Positions 30,291-39,183 of a stretch of DNA of 64,000 bases are shown piece after piece. Source of the stretch: Myxococcota bacterium (GTDB taxonomy: Bacteria > Myxococcota_A > UBA9160 > UBA6930); assembly GCA_965223705.1 (NCBI GenBank), contig OZ245015.1, positions 4,032,001-4,096,000 of the forward strand, in the 5' to 3' direction. Numbering within the stretch: the first letter of the stretch is position 1; each line of letters begins with the position of its first letter. Both the position numbers and the translations under genes were made by a program. The notes under the pieces are model-generated. The model searched no databases, was not told where the DNA came from, and saw nothing but the letters and a program-made list of their open reading frames with translations.

Positions 30291-31007
30291 ATGACGGATG
30301 GTCGACTTACCGTTCTGCTCGTGCTGCTGGTGGCGCTTGCGACTCCCGGGAACGCGACGTCCCTGGTTCAAGCCGATCTTCTCGCGATGGGTGACGGCCT
30401 GCTCACCGTGCAAGTCGATTCAGGACTCGAGTGGCTCGATGTCGACCAGACGACGGGTGTCTCCTTTGTGGACATCGCGCTCCACAACGCGGGTGGTTGG
30501 CGCGATCTCGGGTTCCGCCACGCGAGCATAGAAGAAGTCCGCGGCTTGTTTGCGGCGGCTGGAATCTCCGAGCGGGGTTCACTCAGCGTGGAAGATTTCG
30601 GGGCAGCTGCGCAACTCCTCGACCTACTCGGCTGTACGACGAACTGCGACACCGACCGGCGCGCTCAGCTGGGATTCGCTGTGGGCGGTCACGGAACGTT
30701 GTTCGGCTTTGGACCGACGGCTGTGGTCTTCGTCGACGGCGACTTCCAGCTCGCGAGCGTCGAAGTCGATTTTTCGAGCGGGCTCGGCGGCGCGAATGCG
30801 GGGGACCCCGCCGCCTTCGGAGGCTTTGATTTTCTGGGCGGTCGCTTCGTTTTTTCGACCGGTGGGCTCGAGAAGACCGTTATGAACGAAATTGATGCGA
30901 GCTTCACCGCGGAGGGCGTCGGCCACTATCTCGTACGAGCCGTCCCCGAGCCCGCAACCGCTCTTCTTCTGCTTCTCGGCCTCGTGCCGCTTGCGCTGCG
31001 CCGGTAG
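30291..31007 (+). CDS. PEP-CTERM sorting-domain surface protein
   Basis: Signal peptide; C-terminal '[21 protein letters not shown]'. Confidence 0.88.
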   Translation: MTDGRLTVLLVLLVALATPGNATSLVQADLLAMGDGLLTVQVDSGLEWLDVDQTTGVSFVDIALHNAGGWRDLGFRHASIEEVRGLFAAAGISERGSLSVEDFGAAAQLLDLLGCTTNCDTDRRAQLGFAVGGHGTLFGFGPTAVVFVDGDFQLASVEVDFSSGLGGANAGDPAAFGGFDFLGGRFVFSTGGLEKTVMNEIDASFTAEGVGHYLVRAVPEPATALLLLLGLVPLALRR

Positions 31008-31013
31008 CGGGTT

Positions 31014-31643
31014 CTAGCGAGTGGCGCCGCGTTCCGGCGGCGACGGGCGTTGCAGATCGAAGCGATCCCGCGTCCGGACATAGCTGTTGCCGCCCATGCG
31101 ACCGACCGTCGCCAGCCCGTCGGGATCGATCCGGTAGTTGTCGAACAGCGCGTCGTCGACGTGGAAGCGAACCACGCGGCCGAGAACGAACGCGCCCCCG
31201 AAGACCTCACGACTGACCTCCACGACCTCGAGAAGGCGGCACTCCATGGCGATATGCGCTTCTCCCACGCGGGGGGCCTTGATGACGTCGCACGCGATCG
31301 GAGTCAGGCCGGACAACTCGAACTCGTCAACGTCCGGCGCGACATCCACCGCCGTGGCATTCATGTTCTCGACGAATCCCTCCGACACCACGTTCACGGT
31401 GAACTCACCCGTCGCTTCGATATTTTTGCGGGTGTCGCGTCGATTCTCCTCGAGATTGACCATCGGACTGAAGCCGATCACCGGTGGGTTCGCGCTGACC
31501 GCCGTGAAGAAGCTGAACGGCGCGAGGTTGTAGACCCCTTCTTCACTGACCGAAGAGACGAATGCGATCGGCCGCGGCGTGATCGACCCGATCAACAGCT
31601 TGTAGTTCTCGACGGGCTTGATCGATTTCGGGTCGATAATCAT
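31014..31643 (-). CDS. Flavin reductase-like protein
   Basis: 'PRPIAFVSS', 'NLAPFSFF', 'DTRKNIEATGEFTVNVV', 'GRMGG'. Confidence 0.9.
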   Translation of the reverse strand: MIIDPKSIKPVENYKLLIGSITPRPIAFVSSVSEEGVYNLAPFSFFTAVSANPPVIGFSPMVNLEENRRDTRKNIEATGEFTVNVVSEGFVENMNATAVDVAPDVDEFELSGLTPIACDVIKAPRVGEAHIAMECRLLEVVEVSREVFGGAFVLGRVVRFHVDDALFDNYRIDPDGLATVGRMGGNSYVRTRDRFDLQRPSPPERGATR

Positions 31644-31654
31644 AGGTGCCTCAT

Positions 31655-32683
31655 CTAGGCGGCGATCTCATCGAACTCGCGCAGCGTGAACGCCGGCATG
31701 ATCTCATGCTGAATCAGCGCAACGGACTGTAGCGATTGCTCGAGTGTGAGGTTCCCGAACGCGAGTCGACAGAGCAGATAGTTGATCCCCGACGCCTCGA
31801 CGTCTTTCAGCAAGCGGTCGCGCACGGTCGAAGCCGACCCTGCGATGCAGAGGCCGGATTCGTGTGCCTCCTCGACATCTTCTGGAAAGTTCACCGGGAT
31901 CTTGATCCGGTGAAGTCGCCACAGGTGGAGCAAACTCTTGTACCACTGCTGGTAGGCCTCTCCTGCGGCGGCCCTCGCTTCCCGATCCGTCTGTCCCACG
32001 ACGATGTGCCGGCTCACGCCGATCTTCGGCATGGGATCACCTGCGTGCGGCGACTTGTGCCATTCCACACGGAAGCGGTCGGCGATCGCGCGGACCGAGC
32101 TCGCGGTGCCGTTCGTGACGATATTCATCCCGTGGGAAGCCGCCCAAGGCGTTCTTTCGGGCGAAGCCACGCCGTACCAGAGAGGCGGCCGAGGGGACTG
32201 GATCGGGCGCAGTTCGAGCGGCACGTCCTTGAACGTGAAGTGCTTGCCCTCGTGGTTCAAATGATCGTTCTCGAGCCCGGCGAGGATTACGGCGAAAACT
32301 TCTTCGTAGAGTTCCTTGGCCTCGTCGGTAACGCCGTAGAAGCCGAGCTCGATGGGTGAGATGCCTTTACCGATACCGAGTTCGAGCCGGCCGCCACTCA
32401 GCTGATCCAGCATGCAGATCTCTTCCAGAACGCGAAGCGGGTGGTACAGACTGAGCGTGTAGACCAAGGGACCAAAGCGCAGTGCCTGGGTCCGCTGGGC
32501 GACGGCCGAGAGAAAGACGCTGGGAGCCGAGGCGAGCCCGAGCGGCGATCCGTGGTGCTCGGCCAGGTGATAGGCGTAGAAGCCAGCGCGATCGTAGGCC
32601 TCAATCAGTTGCAGACGGTCTCGGTACTGCTGTCCGAGGTTCAGCCCGTTGCGGTCCATGTGGTCGAAAATGCCGAAGCGCAT
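31655..32683 (-). CDS. LLM-class (luciferase-like) flavin-dependent monooxygenase
   Basis: 'YHLAEHH', 'HPLRVLEEICMLDQLSGGRLELGIG', 'PIQSPRPPLW'. Confidence 0.88.
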   Translation of the reverse strand: MRFGIFDHMDRNGLNLGQQYRDRLQLIEAYDRAGFYAYHLAEHHGSPLGLASAPSVFLSAVAQRTQALRFGPLVYTLSLYHPLRVLEEICMLDQLSGGRLELGIGKGISPIELGFYGVTDEAKELYEEVFAVILAGLENDHLNHEGKHFTFKDVPLELRPIQSPRPPLWYGVASPERTPWAASHGMNIVTNGTASSVRAIADRFRVEWHKSPHAGDPMPKIGVSRHIVVGQTDREARAAAGEAYQQWYKSLLHLWRLHRIKIPVNFPEDVEEAHESGLCIAGSASTVRDRLLKDVEASGINYLLCRLAFGNLTLEQSLQSVALIQHEIMPAFTLREFDEIAA

Positions 32684-32706
32684 GTCAAAGCCTCTCTTAC
32701 CGGCGT

Positions 32707-33663
32707 CTATTCGGGAAGGGTTTCGAGTTGCGCGAGAATTTCGGCCCGCTGACCCTCGAACTGCGGCGCGATCATCACTTCTCGGCCGAGTCGATCCGGG
32801 TCTTCGTCGATTGCGAACCCTTCGGGTTTCGACACCGTGGCTTCGAGGAGCGCGCCGCTCGGCGTGCGCACATAGACCGAATGGAAGTAGCCGCGATCCT
32901 TCACGTCTGAACAGTCCGTAAAGCCCATCGCCTCGAGGCCGTCTTTCATCGCGCCCTGACCGTCGAAATCTGCGATGTGGAAGGCGCCGTGATGGACGGT
33001 GCCCTCGCCGAACAACCAGGAACCGGTCGGCCGTTCCGGCTCGACGATGAGATCGATCAGGGCGCCGGGGCCACCTTCGCCGACCTCATAACGGGCGTCC
33101 TGGCCTTCGTCGGTGAGCCGGCGTGCCGACCATCCCAGCTGCAGGAACGCTTCCATGTCTTCGACGTCGCGGGTCGAGATGGCGTAGGTGTGCGTCCCGC
33201 GAATCGCGTAGTCGCCGGGAACGGGACCGTGGGAGACAGGAGCGCGCGTGTCGGCCGACGCCTCGGTGAGCGTGTAACCGATTCCGCAGGGGTGGGCGAA
33301 GTGCAGTGTGCGTTCGCCGAAGCGCTCGCCTTCGCGGCAGTCGATCGAGTGCTCGCCGAGGCGCTTGCGCCAATAGTCGATCGAGGCTTCGGGAATCGTG
33401 AGCGTGACCTCCGAGATCTGCCCGGTCCCCGGCCGCGACTTCTGCCCGGTGTGCCGCATCGGGAACGAGGTCACGAGGGTGCTCTCGTCGCCGACATCGT
33501 TTCCGTAATAGAGGTGGTAGATGGGAGTCTGTCCGTCGTACAGAAGCGTCTTCTTCACGCACTTCAGGCCGAGCACATTCGTGTGGAACGCGTAGTCCTC
33601 CTTCGCGCTTCCCGTGCACAACGTGATGTGGTGGTGTCGAAGCAAGCTCGCGTTCGCGTCCAT
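32707..33663 (-). CDS. VOC-family ring-cleaving dioxygenase, PcpA/LinE (hydroquinone 1,2-dioxygenase)-like
   Basis: 'HHITLCTGSA', 'VKKTLLYDG..PIYHLYYGN', 'GTVHHGAF', 'DRGYFHSVY.RTPSG.L.E' (His/His/Glu Fe ligands); AGGAG RBS. Confidence 0.85.
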   Translation of the reverse strand: MDANASLLRHHHITLCTGSAKEDYAFHTNVLGLKCVKKTLLYDGQTPIYHLYYGNDVGDESTLVTSFPMRHTGQKSRPGTGQISEVTLTIPEASIDYWRKRLGEHSIDCREGERFGERTLHFAHPCGIGYTLTEASADTRAPVSHGPVPGDYAIRGTHTYAISTRDVEDMEAFLQLGWSARRLTDEGQDARYEVGEGGPGALIDLIVEPERPTGSWLFGEGTVHHGAFHIADFDGQGAMKDGLEAMGFTDCSDVKDRGYFHSVYVRTPSGALLEATVSKPEGFAIDEDPDRLGREVMIAPQFEGQRAEILAQLETLPE

Positions 33664-33685
33664 CTCGTGTCTCCTTTGAGTTGTC

Positions 33686-33731
33686 ATCAAAATTTTGATA
33701 TTATCAAAAAATTATTATATATTAAATTTAA
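33686..33731. promoter_or_regulatory. AT-rich divergent promoter/operator region with overlapping palindromes (probable IclR operator)
   Basis: ATCAAAATTTTGAT (33686-33699), TTTTGATA-T-TATCAAAA (33693-33709), TTAAATTTAA (33722-33731). Confidence 0.65.
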
Positions 33732-33734
33732 CTC

Positions 33735-34514
33735 ATGTCAGAGCAAAAGCCCAGCCGCGGAATCAAGTCGATCGAAGTCGGCTACGGAATCCTGACGGCA
33801 ATCCAAGAGGGTCCCGCCCCGATGCCACTGCGCCTCATCGCCGAGCGCGCCGGGATGGCACCCAGCGCCGTCCATGTCTATTTGGCCAGCATGATCCGCA
33901 CGGGGCTCGTCCAGTCCTCGGGTCGCGGCTTGTACCGCCTCGGCCCCGCCCTAGCGGCGTTGGGCATCACGGCAGCGCGACAGGTCGACGGCTTTGATGC
34001 CGTCCGCATGCGCGCGAACGCACTGTGCGAGGAGACGGGCGTCGGTGTCGCCGTGCTGACCTGGGCCGAAACCGGTCCCATCATTTTGTACAACGTCGCC
34101 GGAGAAATGAGATCGCCGCTCCAACTGCGCAACGGGCCGGTATCGATCCTGTGGACCGGCGGAGGCAACATCTTCATCGCGTTGCTCCCGCGCGAGACCA
34201 CCCGAGACGTCGCCCGACGAGAAGCCGCTCTAGAAGGCATGAGCGAGAAAGCATGCGACGCTTTGCTCGATCGCATCTCTGCGCACGTGAACGAACAGGG
34301 TTACGCAATCCAAGAAGTCAAGCAGCTGCCGGGCTTCCACGCGATCAGCGCACCGGTCTGGGATTCGAACGGTTATCCCGCCTACGCCTTGACGCTCACA
34401 GCGCCGAAGGCGCTACTCGACGTGTCACCCAAGGGTCCGCACGTGGCGGCGCTCTTTCGGGCCGCGCGTGCGGTATCGCAGGGGGTCCCGTACACCGACG
34501 AAAGAGAAAGCTGA
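33735..34514 (+). CDS. IclR family transcriptional regulator
   Basis: 'IKSIEVG..IL', HTH '..IAERAGMAPSAVHVYLASM', 'YRLGP', 'ISAPVWD'. Confidence 0.9.
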   Translation: MSEQKPSRGIKSIEVGYGILTAIQEGPAPMPLRLIAERAGMAPSAVHVYLASMIRTGLVQSSGRGLYRLGPALAALGITAARQVDGFDAVRMRANALCEETGVGVAVLTWAETGPIILYNVAGEMRSPLQLRNGPVSILWTGGGNIFIALLPRETTRDVARREAALEGMSEKACDALLDRISAHVNEQGYAIQEVKQLPGFHAISAPVWDSNGYPAYALTLTAPKALLDVSPKGPHVAALFRAARAVSQGVPYTDERES

Positions 34515-34789
34515 CGGCCAGCGGGCTCACGTTTGCGAAAAAGATTCAGAAGGAATCGGCCGTCGCCCACAGAACCTTCGAGGATCCGCTGCGCTTCTCA
34601 TTCCGGTACGTTGCACAATCCGTTGCGCATCGGCGGAGAGTGACACGACGTGTCGCACAGCGACCACAGTTCTCACGACGAATTGACATCGATCTAAGGG
34701 CTCTGGCAGCATGGATTGCTCGCGAGGATAGCCCCGCGACTGAAACCCGAAGACTGGCGCGCTGAACGCGCCGCGGAGCCCCCCATATC

Positions 34790-35056
34790 ATGCCCCCCGC
34801 ACCGAGTCGAACCGAGCTGGCCTGGGAATTCGCCGAGCTCTTCGGCGATTTCACTACGGCCGACATGAACGAGCTCCTGTCGAAGAACATCCCACTCGAA
34901 ACACTCGAGTTCTTCGCTTCCTACGCCGAGTCTTTTGCGACGGCCGAAAAAATGACCGGCCGCACCGCCGAGCGACTGCCGAACCTGATGATGGTCGGCT
35001 ACCTGATCCGTGTGCTCGAAGAACGCGTACTCGACGCCTTGGAAGAAACCTCCTGA
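34790..35056 (+). CDS. Hypothetical 88-aa acidic helical protein
   Basis: Clean ORF with GC3-rich codons; stop overlaps the next gene; no family recognised. Confidence 0.6.
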   Translation: MPPAPSRTELAWEFAELFGDFTTADMNELLSKNIPLETLEFFASYAESFATAEKMTGRTAERLPNLMMVGYLIRVLEERVLDALEETS

Positions 35057-35439
35057 GCGGAGCGAGCGCCGTCCGCAGTGAGCACGCGCCGAACCCCGTC
35101 GGCCCGTATTCCCAGGCGATCGAGAAAAACGGTCGCATGTATCTCTCCGGTCAAATTCCGCTCGACCCAGCGACCGGCGAGCTGGTCACGGGCGAGATCG
35201 AAGCGCAAACGGAGCGCGTCTTGAGGAACCTCGAAGCGGTGATGGCGGCCGCGGGCGGTTCCCTTGCGGACGTTGTTCGCACGACGATCTACCTGACCGA
35301 CCTGGGACTCTTCGCCCGCGTCAACGCCGTGTACGCACAGTTTTTCGACAGCGATCCGCCTCCGGCGCGCAGCACCGTCCAAGTCGCCGCCCTGCCCCTC
35401 GGTGCCGAGATCGAGATCGACGCGATCGCCGAGCGTTAG
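35053..35439 (+). CDS. RidA/YjgF family imine deaminase (probable CTG start)
   Basis: 'APNPVGPYSQA' lies in frame upstream of ATG 35137; 'SGQIPLDP', 'PPARSTV', 'EIDAIA'. Confidence 0.88.
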   Translation: MSGASAVRSEHAPNPVGPYSQAIEKNGRMYLSGQIPLDPATGELVTGEIEAQTERVLRNLEAVMAAAGGSLADVVRTTIYLTDLGLFARVNAVYAQFFDSDPPPARSTVQVAALPLGAEIEIDAIAER

Positions 35440-35448
35440 CCCGAGCGC

Positions 35449-36012
35449 CTAGGCGCCGCGTTTCTTCGGGTGGAGCCAGTACAGGTTCAAGCCGTTGACG
35501 ACGACGTGGGCCGCGATGGGAGCCACCAAGTGGCCCGTCGCCAAGTAGAGCGCCCCGAAGCAGAAGCCGGCGAAAACGGCGAAGAGGGTCCACACCGCGA
35601 AGGGCGCGCGGGGTACGAAATGCGCGGCGCCGAACAGGATCGCGCTGGGAATCAATCCCAACCAAGGCTGCAGTGCCCCCCGGAACAAAGTCTCCTCGGC
35701 GACGCCGCTCACCAATGCCAACAGCCACGCCTCGCTCCGGGCCAGCGGCGGGAGCAAGGAACGGAGCCCTTCCGCCAGCGCGGCTCCTGCGCGGGTCCGA
35801 GCCGTGAACACCCGCGAAAGCGCGACGAGAGCCAACCCGCAGAGTGCGCCAACGACTGCAGCGGGGGCCATTTCCCACGTCGCCCAAGGCTCGGCCAGGC
35901 GACGAAGAGGAAGTCCGCTCCACATCGAGACGAACCACGCGAGAAGGAGAAGCGCGCCGTAGAACGCGCTCGCCCAGACGAGCAGCTTGTTGGCATCGGG
36001 TCGCTCATTCAT
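35449..36012 (-). CDS. CPBP (Abi/CAAX) intramembrane metalloprotease
   Basis: EETLFRG, FGAAH, AHVVVN motifs. Confidence 0.88.
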   Translation of the reverse strand: MNERPDANKLLVWASAFYGALLLLAWFVSMWSGLPLRRLAEPWATWEMAPAAVVGALCGLALVALSRVFTARTRAGAALAEGLRSLLPPLARSEAWLLALVSGVAEETLFRGALQPWLGLIPSAILFGAAHFVPRAPFAVWTLFAVFAGFCFGALYLATGHLVAPIAAHVVVNGLNLYWLHPKKRGA

Positions 36013-36136
36013 CGGGTCAAGGCATCTCTCGATGGCACCCGAGGTGGGGCGCGGTTAGCTTCCGGGTCGGCGAAGTCTCGCCGAAAAGCGGCGCCGCTGC
36101 CGTCGCAACGACGTTGTCTCCCCGGAAGGCCCCTTT

Positions 36137-36616
36137 ATGTCTGACCGCGTTCCCATGACGCCCACCGGCTACCAAGCCCTGCAGCAGGAACTGAATCGCC
36201 TGAAAACCGAGGATCGTCACGCGATCGTGCGTGAGATCGAAGAGGCGCGAGCTCATGGAGACCTCTCGGAGAACGCGGAATACCACGCCGCCAAAGAGAA
36301 GCAGGGTCATATCGAAGGACGCATCGTCACCATTGAAGACCGGTTGGCGCGCGCTCAAGTCATCGAGATCAACGACCCGGGTGACGGGCGCATCCGGTTT
36401 GGAGCCACGGTGACCCTCGAGGACACCAAATCGGGCGAAGAAACCACCTATACGTTGGTGGGTGAGGACGAAGCGGACGCCAAACAAGGCCGGATCTCCG
36501 TCACATCGCCGATCGCGCGGGCGCTGATGGGTCAAGAAGAGGACGCGACGGTCCGCGTGAGAGTCCCCAAGGGAGTTCGAGAGTTCGACATTGTGGCGGT
36601 CCGCTATCTCGTCTGA
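36137..36616 (+). CDS. greA: Transcription elongation factor GreA
   Basis: 'ARAHGDLSENAEYHAAKE', 'ISVTSPIARAL'. Confidence 0.97.
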   Translation: MSDRVPMTPTGYQALQQELNRLKTEDRHAIVREIEEARAHGDLSENAEYHAAKEKQGHIEGRIVTIEDRLARAQVIEINDPGDGRIRFGATVTLEDTKSGEETTYTLVGEDEADAKQGRISVTSPIARALMGQEEDATVRVRVPKGVREFDIVAVRYLV

Positions 36617-36741
36617 AGCGGTGTCACCTCCCCTCGGGAAGCGCGCTTGCCACCCGCCGCAGCGCTTGTGTAGCCTCGAGGCGTGCCGCCTCGATCCCCG
36701 GGGCGAATGAGGCCGACCGACACGGGCTCGGGCCGGGTTCC

Positions 36742-38091
36742 ATGCGCTCTCTTCAGGTCAAATTCAGCCTACTCGTTGTGACCCTCCTCGCGGTGGCGTG
36801 CATCGGTTTGGCCTGGCTCGCAACCCGACATGAACGCGCCGCTTTGGTTGCAGAGGTCGAACGCCGCGGCCTCGACCTCGCGCGCAATCTCGCCGGAGAT
36901 GCCAAGGAACCGCTCCTCGCCGAGGATCTCTTGAGTGTCGGCTCCCTCGCCCAACAAGTCGGCGAGATCGAAGGCGTGGTCGCGGTCCGCCTGCTGAACG
37001 TACAGGGGAAGGTCGTCGGGGCTTCGGAAGAGGGGTCGGCGACCGTCGTCGTCGACGCCGTGGAGCTCCTCGCCAAGGACGGGCCGAGTGTCGAGCAGCG
37101 CGGCAACCGCGTGCTCGCCGCGGCGCCGGTGCGCTGGAGTGACGTTCTCGTCGGAGAGGCGCAAATCGCCCTCGATTTGGACGCCCTCGTCGAGCCCGTG
37201 ATCGCGGACAGCCAGCGCCAACTCGGCATGCTCGCGGTCGGCGTCGTCATCCTCGGAATGGCGTGCGGCATCGGCTTTGTCGCCCTCCTCGTGGGGCCGC
37301 TCCGACGCTTGCGGGCCGGGGTCGAGCGACTGGCTCGAGGGGATTTCAGCGCGCGCGTTCCGCCGAGCTCCGGCGATGAGGTCGGCGAGCTCACCCGCGC
37401 GTTCAACCAGATGGGCGAGTCGCTCCAGGAGAAAGAGCGGATCCAGAACGCCTTCGGACGCTACGCGAGTGACTACGTCCTCAATCAGCTGCTCGAGGGC
37501 CCCGAGGAAGGCGGTCTCGAAGGAGCGGAACGCGAGGTTACCATCCTGTTCGCGGATATACGCCGGTTTACGCGCCTATCCGAGGGGATGAAGGCCGCCG
37601 ACGTCGTGGCACTCTTGAACGAGGTGTTCCAACTCGCGTCGGACTGCATTCTCGCCCACGGGGGAACCATCGATAAGTTCATCGGCGACTCTGTCATGGC
37701 GTACTTCGGTGCCCCGGTGCCCCACAGCGACCACGCACTGCGGGCGGTCCGGGCCGCCATGGACACCGAGCGCGCAATGGCGGCCCGCAACGCGAATCGC
37801 GAGCGGTCCGGTCGCGTGGAGGTCGGCATCGGGATCCATACCGGCCAGGTGGTTGTGGGAACGATCGGCTCGGATCGGCGGTCTGACTTCACGGCGATCG
37901 GCGACGCGGTCAACGTCGCGCACCGCCTGGAGAAGTTGTCACGGCCGGGAGAGATTCTGGTGTCCGAAGCCGTTCAGCGACGCGTCCGAGGAGCTTGCCA
38001 ACTCAATTTCGAAGGCGAGCGCCAACTGTCGGGGCGCCTCGAACCGGTCCACGTCTATTCCGTGGATCTCTCTGGCAAGGACACGGCCTAG
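36742..38091 (+). CDS. Membrane class III adenylate cyclase (2 TM, periplasmic sensor, HAMP)
   Basis: HAMP 'DEVGELTRAFNQM'; 'LFADIRRFT', 'IDKFIGDSVMAYF', 'FTAIGDAVNVAHRLE'. Confidence 0.92.
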   Translation: MRSLQVKFSLLVVTLLAVACIGLAWLATRHERAALVAEVERRGLDLARNLAGDAKEPLLAEDLLSVGSLAQQVGEIEGVVAVRLLNVQGKVVGASEEGSATVVVDAVELLAKDGPSVEQRGNRVLAAAPVRWSDVLVGEAQIALDLDALVEPVIADSQRQLGMLAVGVVILGMACGIGFVALLVGPLRRLRAGVERLARGDFSARVPPSSGDEVGELTRAFNQMGESLQEKERIQNAFGRYASDYVLNQLLEGPEEGGLEGAEREVTILFADIRRFTRLSEGMKAADVVALLNEVFQLASDCILAHGGTIDKFIGDSVMAYFGAPVPHSDHALRAVRAAMDTERAMAARNANRERSGRVEVGIGIHTGQVVVGTIGSDRRSDFTAIGDAVNVAHRLEKLSRPGEILVSEAVQRRVRGACQLNFEGERQLSGRLEPVHVYSVDLSGKDTA

Positions 38092-38093
38092 TC

Positions 38094-39173
38094 GTGGCGA
38101 GGCGCGTCACCGCGGTCGGTCTACTCGGCGCTTTGTGCGCGGGGGGACTCCTCGCGTGCACCACGCCGGGCCACATCGGCGAGCGGCGCTACCGAGAGGG
38201 CGATCGACAGGGCGCGCTCGCCACGTGGCGACAGGTCAGTGAGAGCAGCCACGAGTACGAGGCGGTGCAACGCCGCATCGCGGACGTCGAGAACGAGTTC
38301 GAGCAGCTCGTCGTCCGCTACGAGAAACGAGCGGCTTACTACGAACGCAAGGGTCGACTCGCCGAGGCCGCGCTCAACTATCGCTTGGCCCTCGAGTTTC
38401 GCTCCGACGAGACCGCACTCGCGCGCCTGCAACAGCTCGTGCGAGATCTCGCGCAGCGCAAAGCGAACCGAACACAAGCGTTCGACCGAGCGTTTGCGCG
38501 GGGCGACCTGGCGGTGGCGCGCAATCACCTGGTCGAACGCGAAACCCTCGATCCGTTCGACGCCCAGTTGCTCTCCGATCAGCGCCGGCTGCGCGAAGCG
38601 CTCCAGGGCGACGTCGATCGACTGCTCAAGCGCGGGCGCGACGCGTTTGCCAAGGAAGCGTATTCCGACGCCGATGAGGCATTCGTCGCGGTGCTGACCC
38701 TCGACCCGGAGAACGGCACCGCGCGGGGCTACCGGTCGCTGATTCGGGATCTCGACAACGAGAAGGAGCCGGCTCCTGGAGATCCCGTCGCCGTGCGGAA
38801 GCCCCTCACGGAAAAGCAGATTCGGGCCGAGGGCTTCCACCAAAACGCCCTCGCCGCGGAACGAGACGGCCGCGACTACGCGGCGATTCGCCACGACTTG
38901 CGCGCCCTCAAAGCCGATCCGAACCATCGCAAGAGCCAGCTTCACCTGGCGGCCCTGCGGCGCCGGCTTCGCCCTGAAATCGCGCCGCTGATGGAGTCGG
39001 GACGCGCGTATTACCAGCAGGAGGATCTCAACAACGCGCTCGATCAGTGGAGACGCGTCCTGCTCATCGACCCGAAGAACACCGAGACGCGCGAGTACGT
39101 GTCCCGCGCGGAGCGCCTCCTCGAGAACCTGGAACAACTGCGCGCCGGCACTCCCGCCGTGTCGAGTCGGTAG
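38094..39173 (+). CDS. Tetratricopeptide-repeat lipoprotein
   Basis: Lipobox-like 'LLAC'; TPR-like units ('VLTLDPENGTA', 'VLLIDPKNTET'). Confidence 0.75.
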   Translation: MARRVTAVGLLGALCAGGLLACTTPGHIGERRYREGDRQGALATWRQVSESSHEYEAVQRRIADVENEFEQLVVRYEKRAAYYERKGRLAEAALNYRLALEFRSDETALARLQQLVRDLAQRKANRTQAFDRAFARGDLAVARNHLVERETLDPFDAQLLSDQRRLREALQGDVDRLLKRGRDAFAKEAYSDADEAFVAVLTLDPENGTARGYRSLIRDLDNEKEPAPGDPVAVRKPLTEKQIRAEGFHQNALAAERDGRDYAAIRHDLRALKADPNHRKSQLHLAALRRRLRPEIAPLMESGRAYYQQEDLNNALDQWRRVLLIDPKNTETREYVSRAERLLENLEQLRAGTPAVSSR

Positions 39174-39183
39174 GGGCGAGCCT

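Noticed and set aside
30229..34790. Integrative element at tRNA-Pro
   Set aside because: No integrase and no duplicated tRNA 3' end were found; it is at most an old insertion.
36671..36685. Leaderless start for the adenylate cyclase (TAGCCT-N6-GTG)
   Set aside because: The GTG is out of frame with the cyclase; it may be a promoter but was not counted as a leaderless gene.
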